From the NCBI GenBank assembly GCA_001786765.1, contig MFTH01000010.1:34105-98104 (forward strand): a stretch of 64,000 bases of DNA, given 5' to 3'. Shown piece by piece: positions 1 to 9,645 of the stretch (position 1 is the first letter of the stretch; each line of letters starts with the position of its first letter). The translations under genes and the position numbers were made by a program. The DNA comes from Candidatus Nomurabacteria bacterium RIFCSPHIGHO2_01_FULL_37_25 (lineage in GTDB: Bacteria > Patescibacteriota > Minisyncoccia > Phycocordibacterales > UBA9973). A model generated the notes under the pieces. It had not been told where the DNA came from, ran no database searches, and saw nothing but the letters and a program-made list of their open reading frames with translations.

Positions 1-159
1 ATGAAACACAATCTATTGATCAATTCTCTTATGGAGTTTCAGATCGAGGAGCATCTATCAGAATTCCAATTGCGTCAGTTCAAAATGGGTGGAAAGGTTG
101 GCTGGAAGACCGAAGACCGAATTCTGCCGCTGACCCTTATAAAGTTGCCGCTAGGATAA
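1..159 (+). CDS. Short or 3'-partial hypothetical protein
   Basis: Open frame from base 1 to TAA 157-159; may start upstream of the window. Confidence 0.35.
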   Translation: MKHNLLINSLMEFQIEEHLSEFQLRQFKMGGKVGWKTEDRILPLTLIKLPLG

Positions 160-216
160 TTAAAACAGTAAAAACTGTAAAACTATAAATTTGCAAAAAA
201 ATTATCTTTTGTGTAA

Positions 217-316
217 TCCCATTAGATACTCTAATAAAAAATTTATATAATATTTTCCCCTATATTTTACTTTTATTTATATCTCTGATACATTCTTTGA
301 TGAGTATCTAACGGGA
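217..316. mobile_element. TCCCG...CGGGA inverted-repeat element (start-codon family), 16 bp upstream of topA
   Basis: TCCCATTAGATACTC / GAGTATCTAACGGGA (15-bp IR, 1 mismatch); no TSD seen. Confidence 0.75.
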
Positions 317-332
317 CAGATACTTAATTTTT

Positions 333-2618
333 ATGAAATTACTTATCGTTGAATCACCATCAAAAGCAAAAACAATTGAAAAATATTTAGAAAATATTTC
401 TACCTCAAGAGCGGACAGATTTACTGTGCGCGCATCTGTGGGACATATTCGCGATCTGCCAAAATCAAATAAAACAGCGATAGATATAGAAGCCGGTTTC
501 GTTCCACATTACGAAATTTCTAAGGGTAAAGAAAAAATTATCCACGAATTGCAAGAGTTAGCCGAAAAATCAAAAGAGATAATACTCGCGACTGATCCTG
601 ACCGTGAAGGAGAAGCTATCGCTTGGCATATAGAGACACTTTTGAAAAAAGATAAAAAAATAAATGCGCCAATACAAAGAGTGGCTTTTTATGAAATAAC
701 TAAAGAAGCGATAGAAGAAGCGCTCAAACACCCGCGCAAGATTGATACTAATTTACGCAAAGCTCAAGAAGCGCGTCGAGTATTGGACCGGCTCGTGGGA
801 TATGATCTCTCTGGTCTCATTTGGAAAAAAGTGCGATACGGACTTTCGGCCGGTCGTGTTCAATCTCCCGCATTGCGTATAATAATGGAACGCGAGCGTG
901 AAATTCGCGCATTTATTCCGGAGAAATTTTGGAGAATTCTCGGACTTTTTGAAACCGAAAAAGGCGAAAAGATTACTTTAGAATGCAGTGAAGAACCTCG
1001 CGATCAAAAATTAGTTGAAAAAATATTAGAGATAGGAAAAAAAGAAAGTTGGATAATAAAAGATGTGAAAGAGTCAGAACAAAAACGCTCCCCTCGCGCG
1101 CCTTTTACTACTTCTACATTACAACAAACGGCAAGTTCACGCTTAGGCTACTCTCCTTCACGCACTATGCAAATAGCCCAAAAACTCTACGAAGCTGGAC
1201 ACATAACATATATGCGAACTGACAGCACGAATCTGTCTCTGGTCGCTCAAACACAAATAATTGCATTCATTAAAAATAAATATGGTGAAGAATACGCAGA
1301 GTCAAGAATTTACAAAACTAAATCTAAAAACGCCCAAGAAGCCCACGAAGCAATACGTCCTACACATATAGAAAACCTTACCGCTCTCAGTGAAGACCAA
1401 GACAGATTATACAGATTGATCTGGGAGCGCGCTGTGTCTTCGCAAATGACTGATGCAAAATTATTAAAAACCAAAATTTTGGCAAATGTTAAAGTCGCGG
1501 AAGCTTCCGCAATTCCAGATTTTTATGCTAATGGTTCTCGTTTGCTTTTCCCCGGCTGGCTTGCGGTAGACAAGGATGCGCGGGGCGATGATGTAGAATT
1601 GCCTAAATGCAGTGTTGGAGAAAAATTAAAATTGTTAAACCTTATAAATGAAGAAAAATTTACTGAACCATTAGGCAGATACAGTGAAGCAGGATTAATT
1701 AAAGAACTCGAGGCTAGAGGCATAGGCAGACCGTCCACTTATGCGTCTATTATGAAAACAATTGAAGAGCGAGGTTATGTTAATAAAGAAGGAAAAACAT
1801 TGTTTCCCACAGATGTCGGTGAAGTTGTGTCGGATTTCTTGGAGAAACACTTTATGAATTATATCTCTGACAGCTTTACGGCTGAAATGGAGGATAAACT
1901 CGACGAAATATCAGAAGGTCAGCGTGAATACGAAAAAACGCTCAAAGATTTTTACGGACCATTTCTTAAAGACATAAAATTAAAAGAAAAACTAGAGAAA
2001 GCTACAAATCTAGGTGAGGCGCCAGAGAATATAAAATGTCCAAAGTGTGGAGAGAAAATGATTATAAAACTTTCTCGCGGAGGTAAATTTTATTCTTGTT
2101 CAAAATATCCAGACTGTGATGGAGCTCTGATGCTAGATGGCACAGAATTACAAGGTTCCAAAGAAACTGGAGAATTATGTCCTAAATGCGGTGTTGATGA
2201 AAAAGATTTGCCCCGCGAAGCTTCAGCGAAATGGGGCGGAAAACTCGTTATCAAAGAACGACGCGACGGCACTGGCACTTTTATCTCTTGTTCTCGCTAT
2301 CCAAAATGTAAATTTATAAAAAGCGATGAAGCTGACGAAATGAAAAAAAGGACGGGTGTGATGTGTCCTATCTGCAAAACTGACCTGCCTGCCGGTAGGC
2401 AGGGAGATATGAGTGAACGCCGTGGGAGATTTGGTATTTTTTATTCTTGTTCAAATTATCCTGAATGTAAATTCGCAATCAAAGCCAAACCGACAGGCGC
2501 AATATGCAAAGAGTGCGGAAGCCTGATGATGCAAGGCACAAAAACTATTCCCGAACGTTGTTCAAACAAGGCTTGCAAAATGCACAACCCTCATAAAATA
2601 ACAAAAATTGAAAAATAG
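333..2618 (+). CDS. topA: DNA topoisomerase I with C-terminal Zn-ribbons
   Basis: IVESPSKAKTI, ATDPDREGEAI, SAGRVQS, ITYMRTDS; C4 Zn-ribbon repeats. Confidence 0.98.
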   Translation: MKLLIVESPSKAKTIEKYLENISTSRADRFTVRASVGHIRDLPKSNKTAIDIEAGFVPHYEISKGKEKIIHELQELAEKSKEIILATDPDREGEAIAWHIETLLKKDKKINAPIQRVAFYEITKEAIEEALKHPRKIDTNLRKAQEARRVLDRLVGYDLSGLIWKKVRYGLSAGRVQSPALRIIMEREREIRAFIPEKFWRILGLFETEKGEKITLECSEEPRDQKLVEKILEIGKKESWIIKDVKESEQKRSPRAPFTTSTLQQTASSRLGYSPSRTMQIAQKLYEAGHITYMRTDSTNLSLVAQTQIIAFIKNKYGEEYAESRIYKTKSKNAQEAHEAIRPTHIENLTALSEDQDRLYRLIWERAVSSQMTDAKLLKTKILANVKVAEASAIPDFYANGSRLLFPGWLAVDKDARGDDVELPKCSVGEKLKLLNLINEEKFTEPLGRYSEAGLIKELEARGIGRPSTYASIMKTIEERGYVNKEGKTLFPTDVGEVVSDFLEKHFMNYISDSFTAEMEDKLDEISEGQREYEKTLKDFYGPFLKDIKLKEKLEKATNLGEAPENIKCPKCGEKMIIKLSRGGKFYSCSKYPDCDGALMLDGTELQGSKETGELCPKCGVDEKDLPREASAKWGGKLVIKERRDGTGTFISCSRYPKCKFIKSDEADEMKKRTGVMCPICKTDLPAGRQGDMSERRGRFGIFYSCSNYPECKFAIKAKPTGAICKECGSLMMQGTKTIPERCSNKACKMHNPHKITKIEK
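2211..2236. repeat. In-frame palindromic insertion in topA (PREASAKWG)
   Basis: CCCCGCGAAGCTTCAGCGAAATGGGG, GC-rich hairpin inside a Zn-ribbon. Confidence 0.6.
2383..2403. repeat. In-frame CCTGCCTGCCGGTAGGCAGG palindrome in topA (LPAGRQ)
   Basis: Same palindrome at 7064-7083 and, with 1 change, at 36221-36240. Confidence 0.85.
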
Positions 2619-2650
2619 ACAGTGTATAAATTTAGATATATAATTCTCTT

Positions 2651-4126
2651 ATGAAAAATGCATATGACGTCGGAGAAATACTAAAATTGATGGGAAAAAT
2701 AAATAAGAAAGAAGAAGAACTTATAATAAAAGCTTATAGGTTTGCGCAGCGCGCGCATGAAGGTCAAAAAAGATTAAGCGGAGAACCTCATTTCACTCAC
2801 CCTTTTGAAACAGCCAAAACTTTAGCTTCACTGGGTATGGACGCGGAAACAATCTCGGCCGGATTAATGCATGATGTTCTGGAAGATACTAAGACAGGAG
2901 AAGAAGAAATGAGAAAAGAATTTGGAGAAAATATAGTTTTTCTAGTAAATGGCGTGACAAAACTTGGAACTTTGAAATATAGAGGACACGAAAGACATGT
3001 GGAAAGTTTGAGGAAATTCTTTGTGGCGATGGCAAATGATCTACGCACAGTTATCATAAAGTTTGCCGACAGACTGCATAATTTAAAAACTTTGGAATTT
3101 TTAAGAGAAGATAAAAGACGTAGGATTGCCATAGAATCAATCGAAGTGTATGCGCCACTGGCTAACCGTCTAGGTATGGGAAAATTTAAAGGCGAACTGG
3201 AAGACGCCGCTTTTCCGTTTGCTTTTCCAGAAGAATATAAACAAACCGAAGAAATAATAAAAGAAAAAAAAGATTTATATGAAAAAAACTTAGACGAAAT
3301 ACAGAAAAAGCTTCGAAAAGAATTGAATAAAAACAAAATCAAAGTGGTGGAAATAAATTATAGAATGAAACATAAGTACAGCTTATGGAAAAAACTCTTA
3401 AAGCGCGAAATGGATATAGAAAAAGTATATGACCTGATCGCTTTGCGGGTGGTAGTAGAAAGCATAGAAGAATGTTATAGAGTGTTAGGAATAATACATT
3501 CCCTTTGGAATCCATTACCCGGCAGGATAAAAGACTACATCGCGGTGCCAAAACACAATGGCTACCGCTCCATTCACACCACTATTTTCACCGGTTCGGG
3601 CGGAATCGCAGAAATTCAAATACGAACAAAAGAAATGCATGCCGAAGCGGCTTATGGTATCGCGGCTCATTTCGCCTACAAAGAACAAGGAAATAAAAAA
3701 GTGGAAAATGATAAATCAAAATTCAAATGGATAGAAGAATTAAAAAATTTGAATTACTCTCCGGATGAACCAAAAAAATTCATTGAGCATTTAAAGATGG
3801 ATTTTTTTAATGATCGCATTTTCGTTTTTACACCCAAGGGGGATGTAATAGATATGCCAGAGGATTCGTGTTCGCTTGATTTTGCTTATTTGATACATTC
3901 GGATATCGGAGAACATACCTTTGGCGCAAAAGTCAACGGCAAAATGGTTCAGCTTTTTACAAAATTAAAAAACGGAGACATTGTGGAAATAATAACTAAA
4001 AAAGATTCCAGACCGTCCAGAAAGTGGTTAGAATTCGTAAAAACTTCTGTCGCTAAAAAACATATAAGATCATATCTGGAAAAAAACACCTTACTTGCTA
4101 GGCTTAAATCTTTCGGTCGTTCTTAA
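2651..4126 (+). CDS. relA: RelA/SpoT (p)ppGpp synthetase/hydrolase (HD, synthetase, TGS; no ACT)
   Basis: AGLMHDVLED, IKFADRLHN, DLIALRV, KDYIAVPKHNGYRSIHT, EIQIRT, FVFTPKG. Confidence 0.95.
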   Translation: MKNAYDVGEILKLMGKINKKEEELIIKAYRFAQRAHEGQKRLSGEPHFTHPFETAKTLASLGMDAETISAGLMHDVLEDTKTGEEEMRKEFGENIVFLVNGVTKLGTLKYRGHERHVESLRKFFVAMANDLRTVIIKFADRLHNLKTLEFLREDKRRRIAIESIEVYAPLANRLGMGKFKGELEDAAFPFAFPEEYKQTEEIIKEKKDLYEKNLDEIQKKLRKELNKNKIKVVEINYRMKHKYSLWKKLLKREMDIEKVYDLIALRVVVESIEECYRVLGIIHSLWNPLPGRIKDYIAVPKHNGYRSIHTTIFTGSGGIAEIQIRTKEMHAEAAYGIAAHFAYKEQGNKKVENDKSKFKWIEELKNLNYSPDEPKKFIEHLKMDFFNDRIFVFTPKGDVIDMPEDSCSLDFAYLIHSDIGEHTFGAKVNGKMVQLFTKLKNGDIVEIITKKDSRPSRKWLEFVKTSVAKKHIRSYLEKNTLLARLKSFGRS

Positions 4127-5142
4127 ACGCTAAAATTAGAAATATTATATAAATCACTATCATCCCCGCCTGCCAATTGGCGGGCAGGTTTTTTAATTTC
4201 TTCTTTTGATCTATCATCGATCGGCGTATCTTCAATTTCTATATCAGATTTGTTTTTATTGATGTAGTTTTGAAGCATTTCCGCTTGCGCCGGCAAGATG
4301 TTTGATTTATTTTCACTGTTTGATTTATTTATCAAACTCAAAATAGTCCGCAGGTCTTCTATGGAAAAATAATCTATCTTGATTTGTCCGCCTAATTCTT
4401 TTCTGTCAATATGCACGCGGGTGCCTAATTTTTCTTGAAATTCTTCTTCGAGTTCAGTTATTTCTGGATCTGGCATAAACTCTTTCTTGCGTACTCGGTC
4501 ATAAGCTATTTTCCTTGCTAGTCTTTCCGCTTCACGCACGGTAATTTTTTTATATACAATTTCTTTAAATAATACTAACTGCTCTTCTCCATGATCGGCT
4601 AACATTAGTAATGGTCGTGTATGACCTTCGGTAATTTTACCTTCAGACAAACCGGCTATTATTTCTTCGGGTAAAGTTAAAATACGCAAAGAGTTAGACA
4701 CATATTCCCTACTCCTGCCCATTTTTTTTGCAATCTCATTATGAGTAAATTTAAATTCATTAGCTAATCGAAAAAAAGCGCGAGCGCGATCAACAGCATT
4801 CAAATCTTCACGTTGCAAGTTTTCAATAATGGCGAGTTCAAGCTTCATAATAGCAGTGTCCCCAGCTCGGATTATAACTGGCACTTGCGAGACTCCAGCC
4901 AAAATAGCCGCGCGCAATCTGCGTTCACCTGCTATGAGCTCATATTCAGTAACTAGTCCACCTCCATCTTTTTCCACTTCCATGCGAGAAACTGTCAACG
5001 GCTGGAGCACTCCGTATTGTTTTATGGAATCAGATAAATCTTGCAGACGCATTTCATCAAAATCCCGTCTTGGTTGATATGGGTTGGGTTTTATTTTATC
5101 GGTGTCAATCCAGAAAATTGAATTTGAATATAAATTAGACAT
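4123..5142 (-). CDS. parB: ParB/Spo0J partition protein
   Basis: PNPYQPRRDF, YELIAGERRLRAA, ENLQREDL, HTH. Confidence 0.95.
   Translation of the reverse strand: MSNLYSNSIFWIDTDKIKPNPYQPRRDFDEMRLQDLSDSIKQYGVLQPLTVSRMEVEKDGGGLVTEYELIAGERRLRAAILAGVSQVPVIIRAGDTAIMKLELAIIENLQREDLNAVDRARAFFRLANEFKFTHNEIAKKMGRSREYVSNSLRILTLPEEIIAGLSEGKITEGHTRPLLMLADHGEEQLVLFKEIVYKKITVREAERLARKIAYDRVRKKEFMPDPEITELEEEFQEKLGTRVHIDRKELGGQIKIDYFSIEDLRTILSLINKSNSENKSNILPAQAEMLQNYINKNKSDIEIEDTPIDDRSKEEIKKPARQLAGGDDSDLYNISNFSV
4164..4188. repeat. In-frame palindrome in parB tail (PARQLAGG)
   Basis: CCCCGCCTGCCAATTGGCGGGCAGG. Confidence 0.6.
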
Positions 5143-5215
5143 AAAGTCATTCTAACACATAAAGAATTTTTTAAAATTGATTTTTAAGTATTTTTGTGTA
5201 AAATGTGTGGATACT

Positions 5216-5302
5216 GCCCAGGTGGCGGAATTGGTAGACGCGATAGACTCAAAATCTATTGATGGCAACATCATGAGAGTTCGATTCTCTCCCTGGGCAC
5301 CA
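5216..5302 (+). tRNA. tRNA-Leu(CAA)
   Basis: GCCCAGG/CCTGGGC acceptor, ATAGA-CTCAAAA-TCTAT anticodon arm, long variable arm, GTTCGATT, encoded CCA. Confidence 0.95.
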
Positions 5303-5437
5303 GAAAGGAAAAATTATGTTATACTAAATATAGTCACCAAAACCGCAAAAGAACCCGGAGAAAAACACTCGGCTCGCCTGCCCGCCTCTGGAGGGAACCA
5401 TATTTTGAATTTTGGGGGAAGAAAATTTTTTAATCAT

Positions 5438-6259
5438 ATGAATTCAAAAAAGATAATATTGATTATAGTTTCCTTAGTTCTTGTAGCTGGAGTTGGTTTT
5501 TATTTTTATGGCTTACCACCTATAAAATACTGGACTAAAAATCCGACCAACTTTGAAGAATGCAAAGAAGCTACACGAGGATTTATCATAAAAACATTAC
5601 CGGCCCAATGCGAGTTTCGAGGACAGAATTTTGTGGACCAATCGCAATAGACTCCACCAGTAACAACAAATAATCCTCCAGTAACCACGACAGAGAATCC
5701 TTCTCTATCAGCAGATAAAAAGAGTGTCGTTGCAGATGGTAAGGTTTTGTTAGCCATTGATAATGATACAATTTTTAATTGGTTCAAAACCGAAAGCCAG
5801 TTATGTGATGGATACAATCTAACCAGCAATCCTGATCGCAAGATGTTTTGTGAAAACAAAACATCTTTCAAGAACCAAACTAAATTTGCCTCAGTTGTTG
5901 TTTCTCCTGATAAAATGAAAATTGGTTTTACCATAGAAAGCGATACGTTGTCTCCTGATAAAGTTGTTGGCATTTTTTTACGCTCTACCAATAAAGTTAA
6001 TATTCTGACCAATTACTATCTCGGAAATGAATTTATTAGTTTTTCTCCGAGTGGTGCCAACTTTGTTTATCAAAGTGGCTGTTTTGAGGGAATATGCGGA
6101 CTGTTTGTCAAAAATTCCGAAACCTTTGCTATCAAAGCTAGTTTGAATAATCCCGAGTTTGCCGATTACAGAAGTCAGAATGCCATTTTTGTAAGATGGA
6201 TTTCAGACAATCAAGTTGAATATAAACTTGGGACAGAATTAAAACAAGAGTCGTTTTAA
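5438..6259 (+). pseudogene. Membrane-anchored exported protein split by one in-frame TAG (5648-5650)
   Basis: MNSKKIIL hydrophobic anchor; frame stays open after TAG through a Pro/Thr linker into ORF 5747-6259. Confidence 0.7.
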
Positions 6260-6292
6260 TTCTGAATTTTAGTCGCCAAAGAAAAACTTGCC

Positions 6293-6361
6293 CGTCCGCC
6301 GAAGTTTTAACGAAGGCGGGAAATTGTCACTCGCCTCGCTAGCGCTATGGCGAAGCGGGTC
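6293..6361. repeat. Two GC-rich intergenic REP-like hairpins
   Basis: CCGCCGAAGTTTTAACGAAGGCGG and CTCGCCTCGCTAGCGCTATGGCGAAGCGGG. Confidence 0.55.
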
Positions 6362-6451
6362 GGTGCGGCTCCCCACCTGCGCCGAAATGCGTTCGGACTA
6401 ATTCAAGACTCTAAGTCGAAATTAATTATTAACTTTGCTATAATTAAACAT

Positions 6452-7051
6452 ATGAATCAAAAAGGATTTGTGAATATTGTTTTGATTGTGGTAATTGTAA
6501 CCGTTACCGCTATTGGTGGGTATTTTGCTTTTGTTAAAAAGTTGAGACCAATTGCTCAACAACCAACACAAACTCCTATTCAAACACCTACAGTATCTCC
6601 AACGTCTCCCCAGACCAAACCTGTCACTACCACAGTTCAAAATCCGGTAGTTAATAAATGGAAAACTTTCCAAAACAGCCGTTTTGCTTTTCAATTTGAA
6701 TATCCAACAGAATGGAGCGTGTTGGATAAGCTGGACGACCCATACGGTGTTAATTTTTGGTTGACGGAAAAGAATTCTGCTGCCGTAATCATGGATGTAG
6801 AAAGTGGGATAAATTTGTCGGTTATGGGGGTTTCTTATTGTGGCGCATACCCACAAGATAAAAGATGTGAATCTTTGAAAACTGAAAGCGATGGCTATGT
6901 AACCATTGACTGGAACGTAAGCGGAGGAGCCAACGCTATGTTTAGCTCGCAGAACGATACTTATGGGGTGAGTTTTACTTTGCATAAAATAAATTCTGAT
7001 ACAAAAGCTATTTTCAAAAAAGTTCTTTCGACTTTTAAATTCTTAAAATAA
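6452..7051 (+). CDS. Exported protein with pilin-like N-terminus and PsbP-like domain
   Basis: MNQKGF + hydrophobic helix, Pro/Thr linker, WKTF.N..F.F.FEYP.EW; start placed at 6452 after TGCTATAAT. Confidence 0.7.
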   Translation: MNQKGFVNIVLIVVIVTVTAIGGYFAFVKKLRPIAQQPTQTPIQTPTVSPTSPQTKPVTTTVQNPVVNKWKTFQNSRFAFQFEYPTEWSVLDKLDDPYGVNFWLTEKNSAAVIMDVESGINLSVMGVSYCGAYPQDKRCESLKTESDGYVTIDWNVSGGANAMFSSQNDTYGVSFTLHKINSDTKAIFKKVLSTFKFLK

Positions 7052-7063
7052 TTTGCCGTCAAA

Positions 7064-7083
7064 CCTGCCTGCCGGTAGGCAGG
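7064..7083. repeat. Intergenic CCTGCCTGCCGGTAGGCAGG palindrome
   Basis: Identical to the topA copy. Confidence 0.85.
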
Positions 7084-7163
7084 GAAAAACTTAAAATAAA
7101 GTAGCAAAAAAAAAACAGCAAATCCTGTAAAAAAGTTATCCCCACCAGTTGAATAATGATAAG

Positions 7164-7191
7164 TTGCATTATCTCGTATATGAGATATACT
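7164..7191 (+). promoter_or_regulatory. sigma70 promoter with palindromic operator in its spacer
   Basis: TTGCAT-16-TATACT; TATCTC-N6-GAGATA at 7170-7187. Confidence 0.6.
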
Positions 7192-7198
7192 ATTTGGT

Positions 7199-8716
7199 AT
7201 GCAAACACAAACAGAACAGCAAAAAATAGGCTATTTTATTAAAGAATTACGCGAACATCGCGGGATGACACAAAAGCAATTCGCCAAAATGTTAAACACT
7301 TCCCAAAGCTCAATTCCCCGAATGGAAAAAGGTGAGCAGAATTTCACGACAGAATTACTTTTAAAAATAAGCAATGTTTTAGACCACCAGATAGTTTCTA
7401 TAAATGATTCTATTGATTTCAAAGTTAATGGAGGAAAAAAATTAAATGGAACTATTAAAACAAATTTTTCAAAAAACGGTTCTGTCGGACTTTTGTGCGC
7501 TTCTCTTCTAAATAGTGGCAAAACGACACTCCATGGTATTGCCCGGATTGAAGAAGTTTATAGAGTAATTGAAATTCTAGAGAGTATCGGAGTGACAGTC
7601 AAATGGATTAATCAAAACACTTTGACAGTCATACCTCCAAAGAAATTTAATTTAGAAAATATTAATATTGACTCAGCAATAAAAACACGTTCAGTTGTTA
7701 TGCTAATAGGACCACTCATTCATAAGTTGTCTTCTTTTTCTCTTCCACATCCCCATGGTTGCAATCTAGGCAAACGCACAATTGCGGCGCATATATTTGC
7801 ATTAGAAAAACTTGGGGTAAAAATAAAAACTACCGCAAAAAATTATGAGATAACTAAAGGGAAACTCAAAAGAGGAGAAATAGTGATGTATGAATCCGGA
7901 GACACTGCTTGTGAAAACGTTTTGACAGCTTCTGCCCTTATTCCGGGTACTACAAAAATAAATTTCACCAGCGCAAACTACATGGTGCAAGAAGTATGTT
8001 TTTTTCTTGAGGTGTTAGGAGTAAAAATTGACGGAATTGGCGCCTCGAGTTTAACTGTTCATGGAATAGCTCATATAAATAAAGATGTTGAATATTGGAA
8101 CAGTGAAGACCCGATCGAATCCATGATGTTCATTTCCGCCGCAATCGGGACTGATTCACATATAACCATCACCCGCGCTCCTATAGATTTTTTGTCTCTA
8201 GAAATAGAAAAATTAAAGAGAATGAATTTGAAATATAAAATTTCAAAAATTTATCATTCTTATAATGGTCGTACTAAACTCGCTGATATAGAAATCTTTC
8301 CAAGTAAATTAAAAGCCTTAAATGACAAGCTTCATTCCAACCCTTACCCGGGAATAAATATAGACAACCTGCCATTTTTTGTGCCGATTGCCATAAAGGC
8401 CAAAGGTCAAACGATGATTCACGATTGGGTTTATGAAAATAGAGCAATATATCTGACAGAATTAAATCGTTTAGGCGCTGATATCACTCTGGCTGACCCT
8501 CATCGTCTATATATAAATGGCGGAACACCACTGAAAGGAGCTCAGGTCGTCTGTCCCCCAGCTTTGCGTCCATCAATGGTGATTCTTATTTCAATGCTAG
8601 GAGCTAGCGGAACTTCAATCCTGCGAAATGTTTATATGATAAATCGTGGTTATGAAGAAATTGCAGAGAGGCTGAATTCTATCGGCGCAGATATTAAAAT
8701 AATTAAAGGGAATTAA
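7199..8716 (+). CDS. murA: XRE-HTH fused UDP-GlcNAc 1-carboxyvinyltransferase
   Basis: N-terminal HTH (MTQKQFAKMLNTSQSSI); SKN, GCNLGKRT active-site Cys loop, INRGYE. Confidence 0.92.
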   Translation: MQTQTEQQKIGYFIKELREHRGMTQKQFAKMLNTSQSSIPRMEKGEQNFTTELLLKISNVLDHQIVSINDSIDFKVNGGKKLNGTIKTNFSKNGSVGLLCASLLNSGKTTLHGIARIEEVYRVIEILESIGVTVKWINQNTLTVIPPKKFNLENINIDSAIKTRSVVMLIGPLIHKLSSFSLPHPHGCNLGKRTIAAHIFALEKLGVKIKTTAKNYEITKGKLKRGEIVMYESGDTACENVLTASALIPGTTKINFTSANYMVQEVCFFLEVLGVKIDGIGASSLTVHGIAHINKDVEYWNSEDPIESMMFISAAIGTDSHITITRAPIDFLSLEIEKLKRMNLKYKISKIYHSYNGRTKLADIEIFPSKLKALNDKLHSNPYPGINIDNLPFFVPIAIKAKGQTMIHDWVYENRAIYLTELNRLGADITLADPHRLYINGGTPLKGAQVVCPPALRPSMVILISMLGASGTSILRNVYMINRGYEEIAERLNSIGADIKIIKGN

Positions 8717-9645
8717 TGCACCTTTTGAAAAATAACTTTTTGCGGGGTTTCGAGCCGGGCGGGGCGAGAATTATAGTTATCTTGGGCCAAACTGCCACAG
8801 GGAAAAGTGACTTGGCGGTAAAAATTGCCAAAAAAATAGGCGGAGAAATAATTTCAGCTGATTCAAGACAAGTTTATAAAGGACTCGATATTGGCACTGG
8901 TAAAATTACAGAAAAAGAAATGCAGACCATACCGCATTATCTGCTGGATGTTGCAAATCCCAAAAAACAATTTACTGTAGCGCAATATAAAATCCTGGCA
9001 GATAAAAAGATAAAAGAAGTAATTGATAGAGATAAAATACCGATACTTTGCGGTGGTACAGGATTTTATATTGATGCGGTAACAAAAGGTATGATTTTTC
9101 CAAAAGTTCCACCAAATAAAAAATTAAGAAAAGACTTGGAACAAAAAACAGCTGAGACTCTTTTTAATATCCTGAAAAAATTAGATAAAGATAGGGCAAA
9201 AAGTATAGATTCTAAAAACAAAGTCCGGTTGATAAGAGCAATTGAGATAGCTAAAGCTTTAGGTGAAGTCCCTAAAATTACGGAGGCAACGCCTCCGTAT
9301 AAATTTATAAAAATAGGGTTAAAAGTTCCAGAGAAAACTCTAAAAAGAAAAATAAGAATCAGACTACGCAAGCGCATACGAAGTGGTATGGCGATAGAGC
9401 TTTACAATCTTCGTAAAGCTGGAGTGCCGTGGAAAAGATTCATTGAATTAGGTTTCGATCAAAAGTATATTGCATTATTTTTGCAAGGGAAAATATCTAA
9501 TAAAGAAATGCTAGAAAAACTTTTTAAAAGTAATTGGCAATACGCAAAACGCCAGATGACTTGGTTCAAACGCGACAAAGAAATTAAATGGTTCTCCCCT
9601 GTTTCTTACAAAAAAATAAAAATCTATATAGAAAATAAACTTTAA
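8716..9645 (+). CDS. miaA: tRNA dimethylallyltransferase
   Basis: GQTATGKS, ISADSRQVY, GGTGFY, YAKRQMTWF. Confidence 0.96.
   Translation: MHLLKNNFLRGFEPGGARIIVILGQTATGKSDLAVKIAKKIGGEIISADSRQVYKGLDIGTGKITEKEMQTIPHYLLDVANPKKQFTVAQYKILADKKIKEVIDRDKIPILCGGTGFYIDAVTKGMIFPKVPPNKKLRKDLEQKTAETLFNILKKLDKDRAKSIDSKNKVRLIRAIEIAKALGEVPKITEATPPYKFIKIGLKVPEKTLKRKIRIRLRKRIRSGMAIELYNLRKAGVPWKRFIELGFDQKYIALFLQGKISNKEMLEKLFKSNWQYAKRQMTWFKRDKEIKWFSPVSYKKIKIYIENKL

Noticed and set aside
5177-5437. N-terminal part of ORF 5177-5650
   Set aside because: Overlaps tRNA-Leu; ATG 5438 is the better start.
5648-5650. Genome-wide stop-codon recoding or pyrrolysine
   Set aside because: TAG and TGA end conserved genes at expected positions (topA, rpmG, mreB; rsmI, rnr); only one internal TAG was seen.
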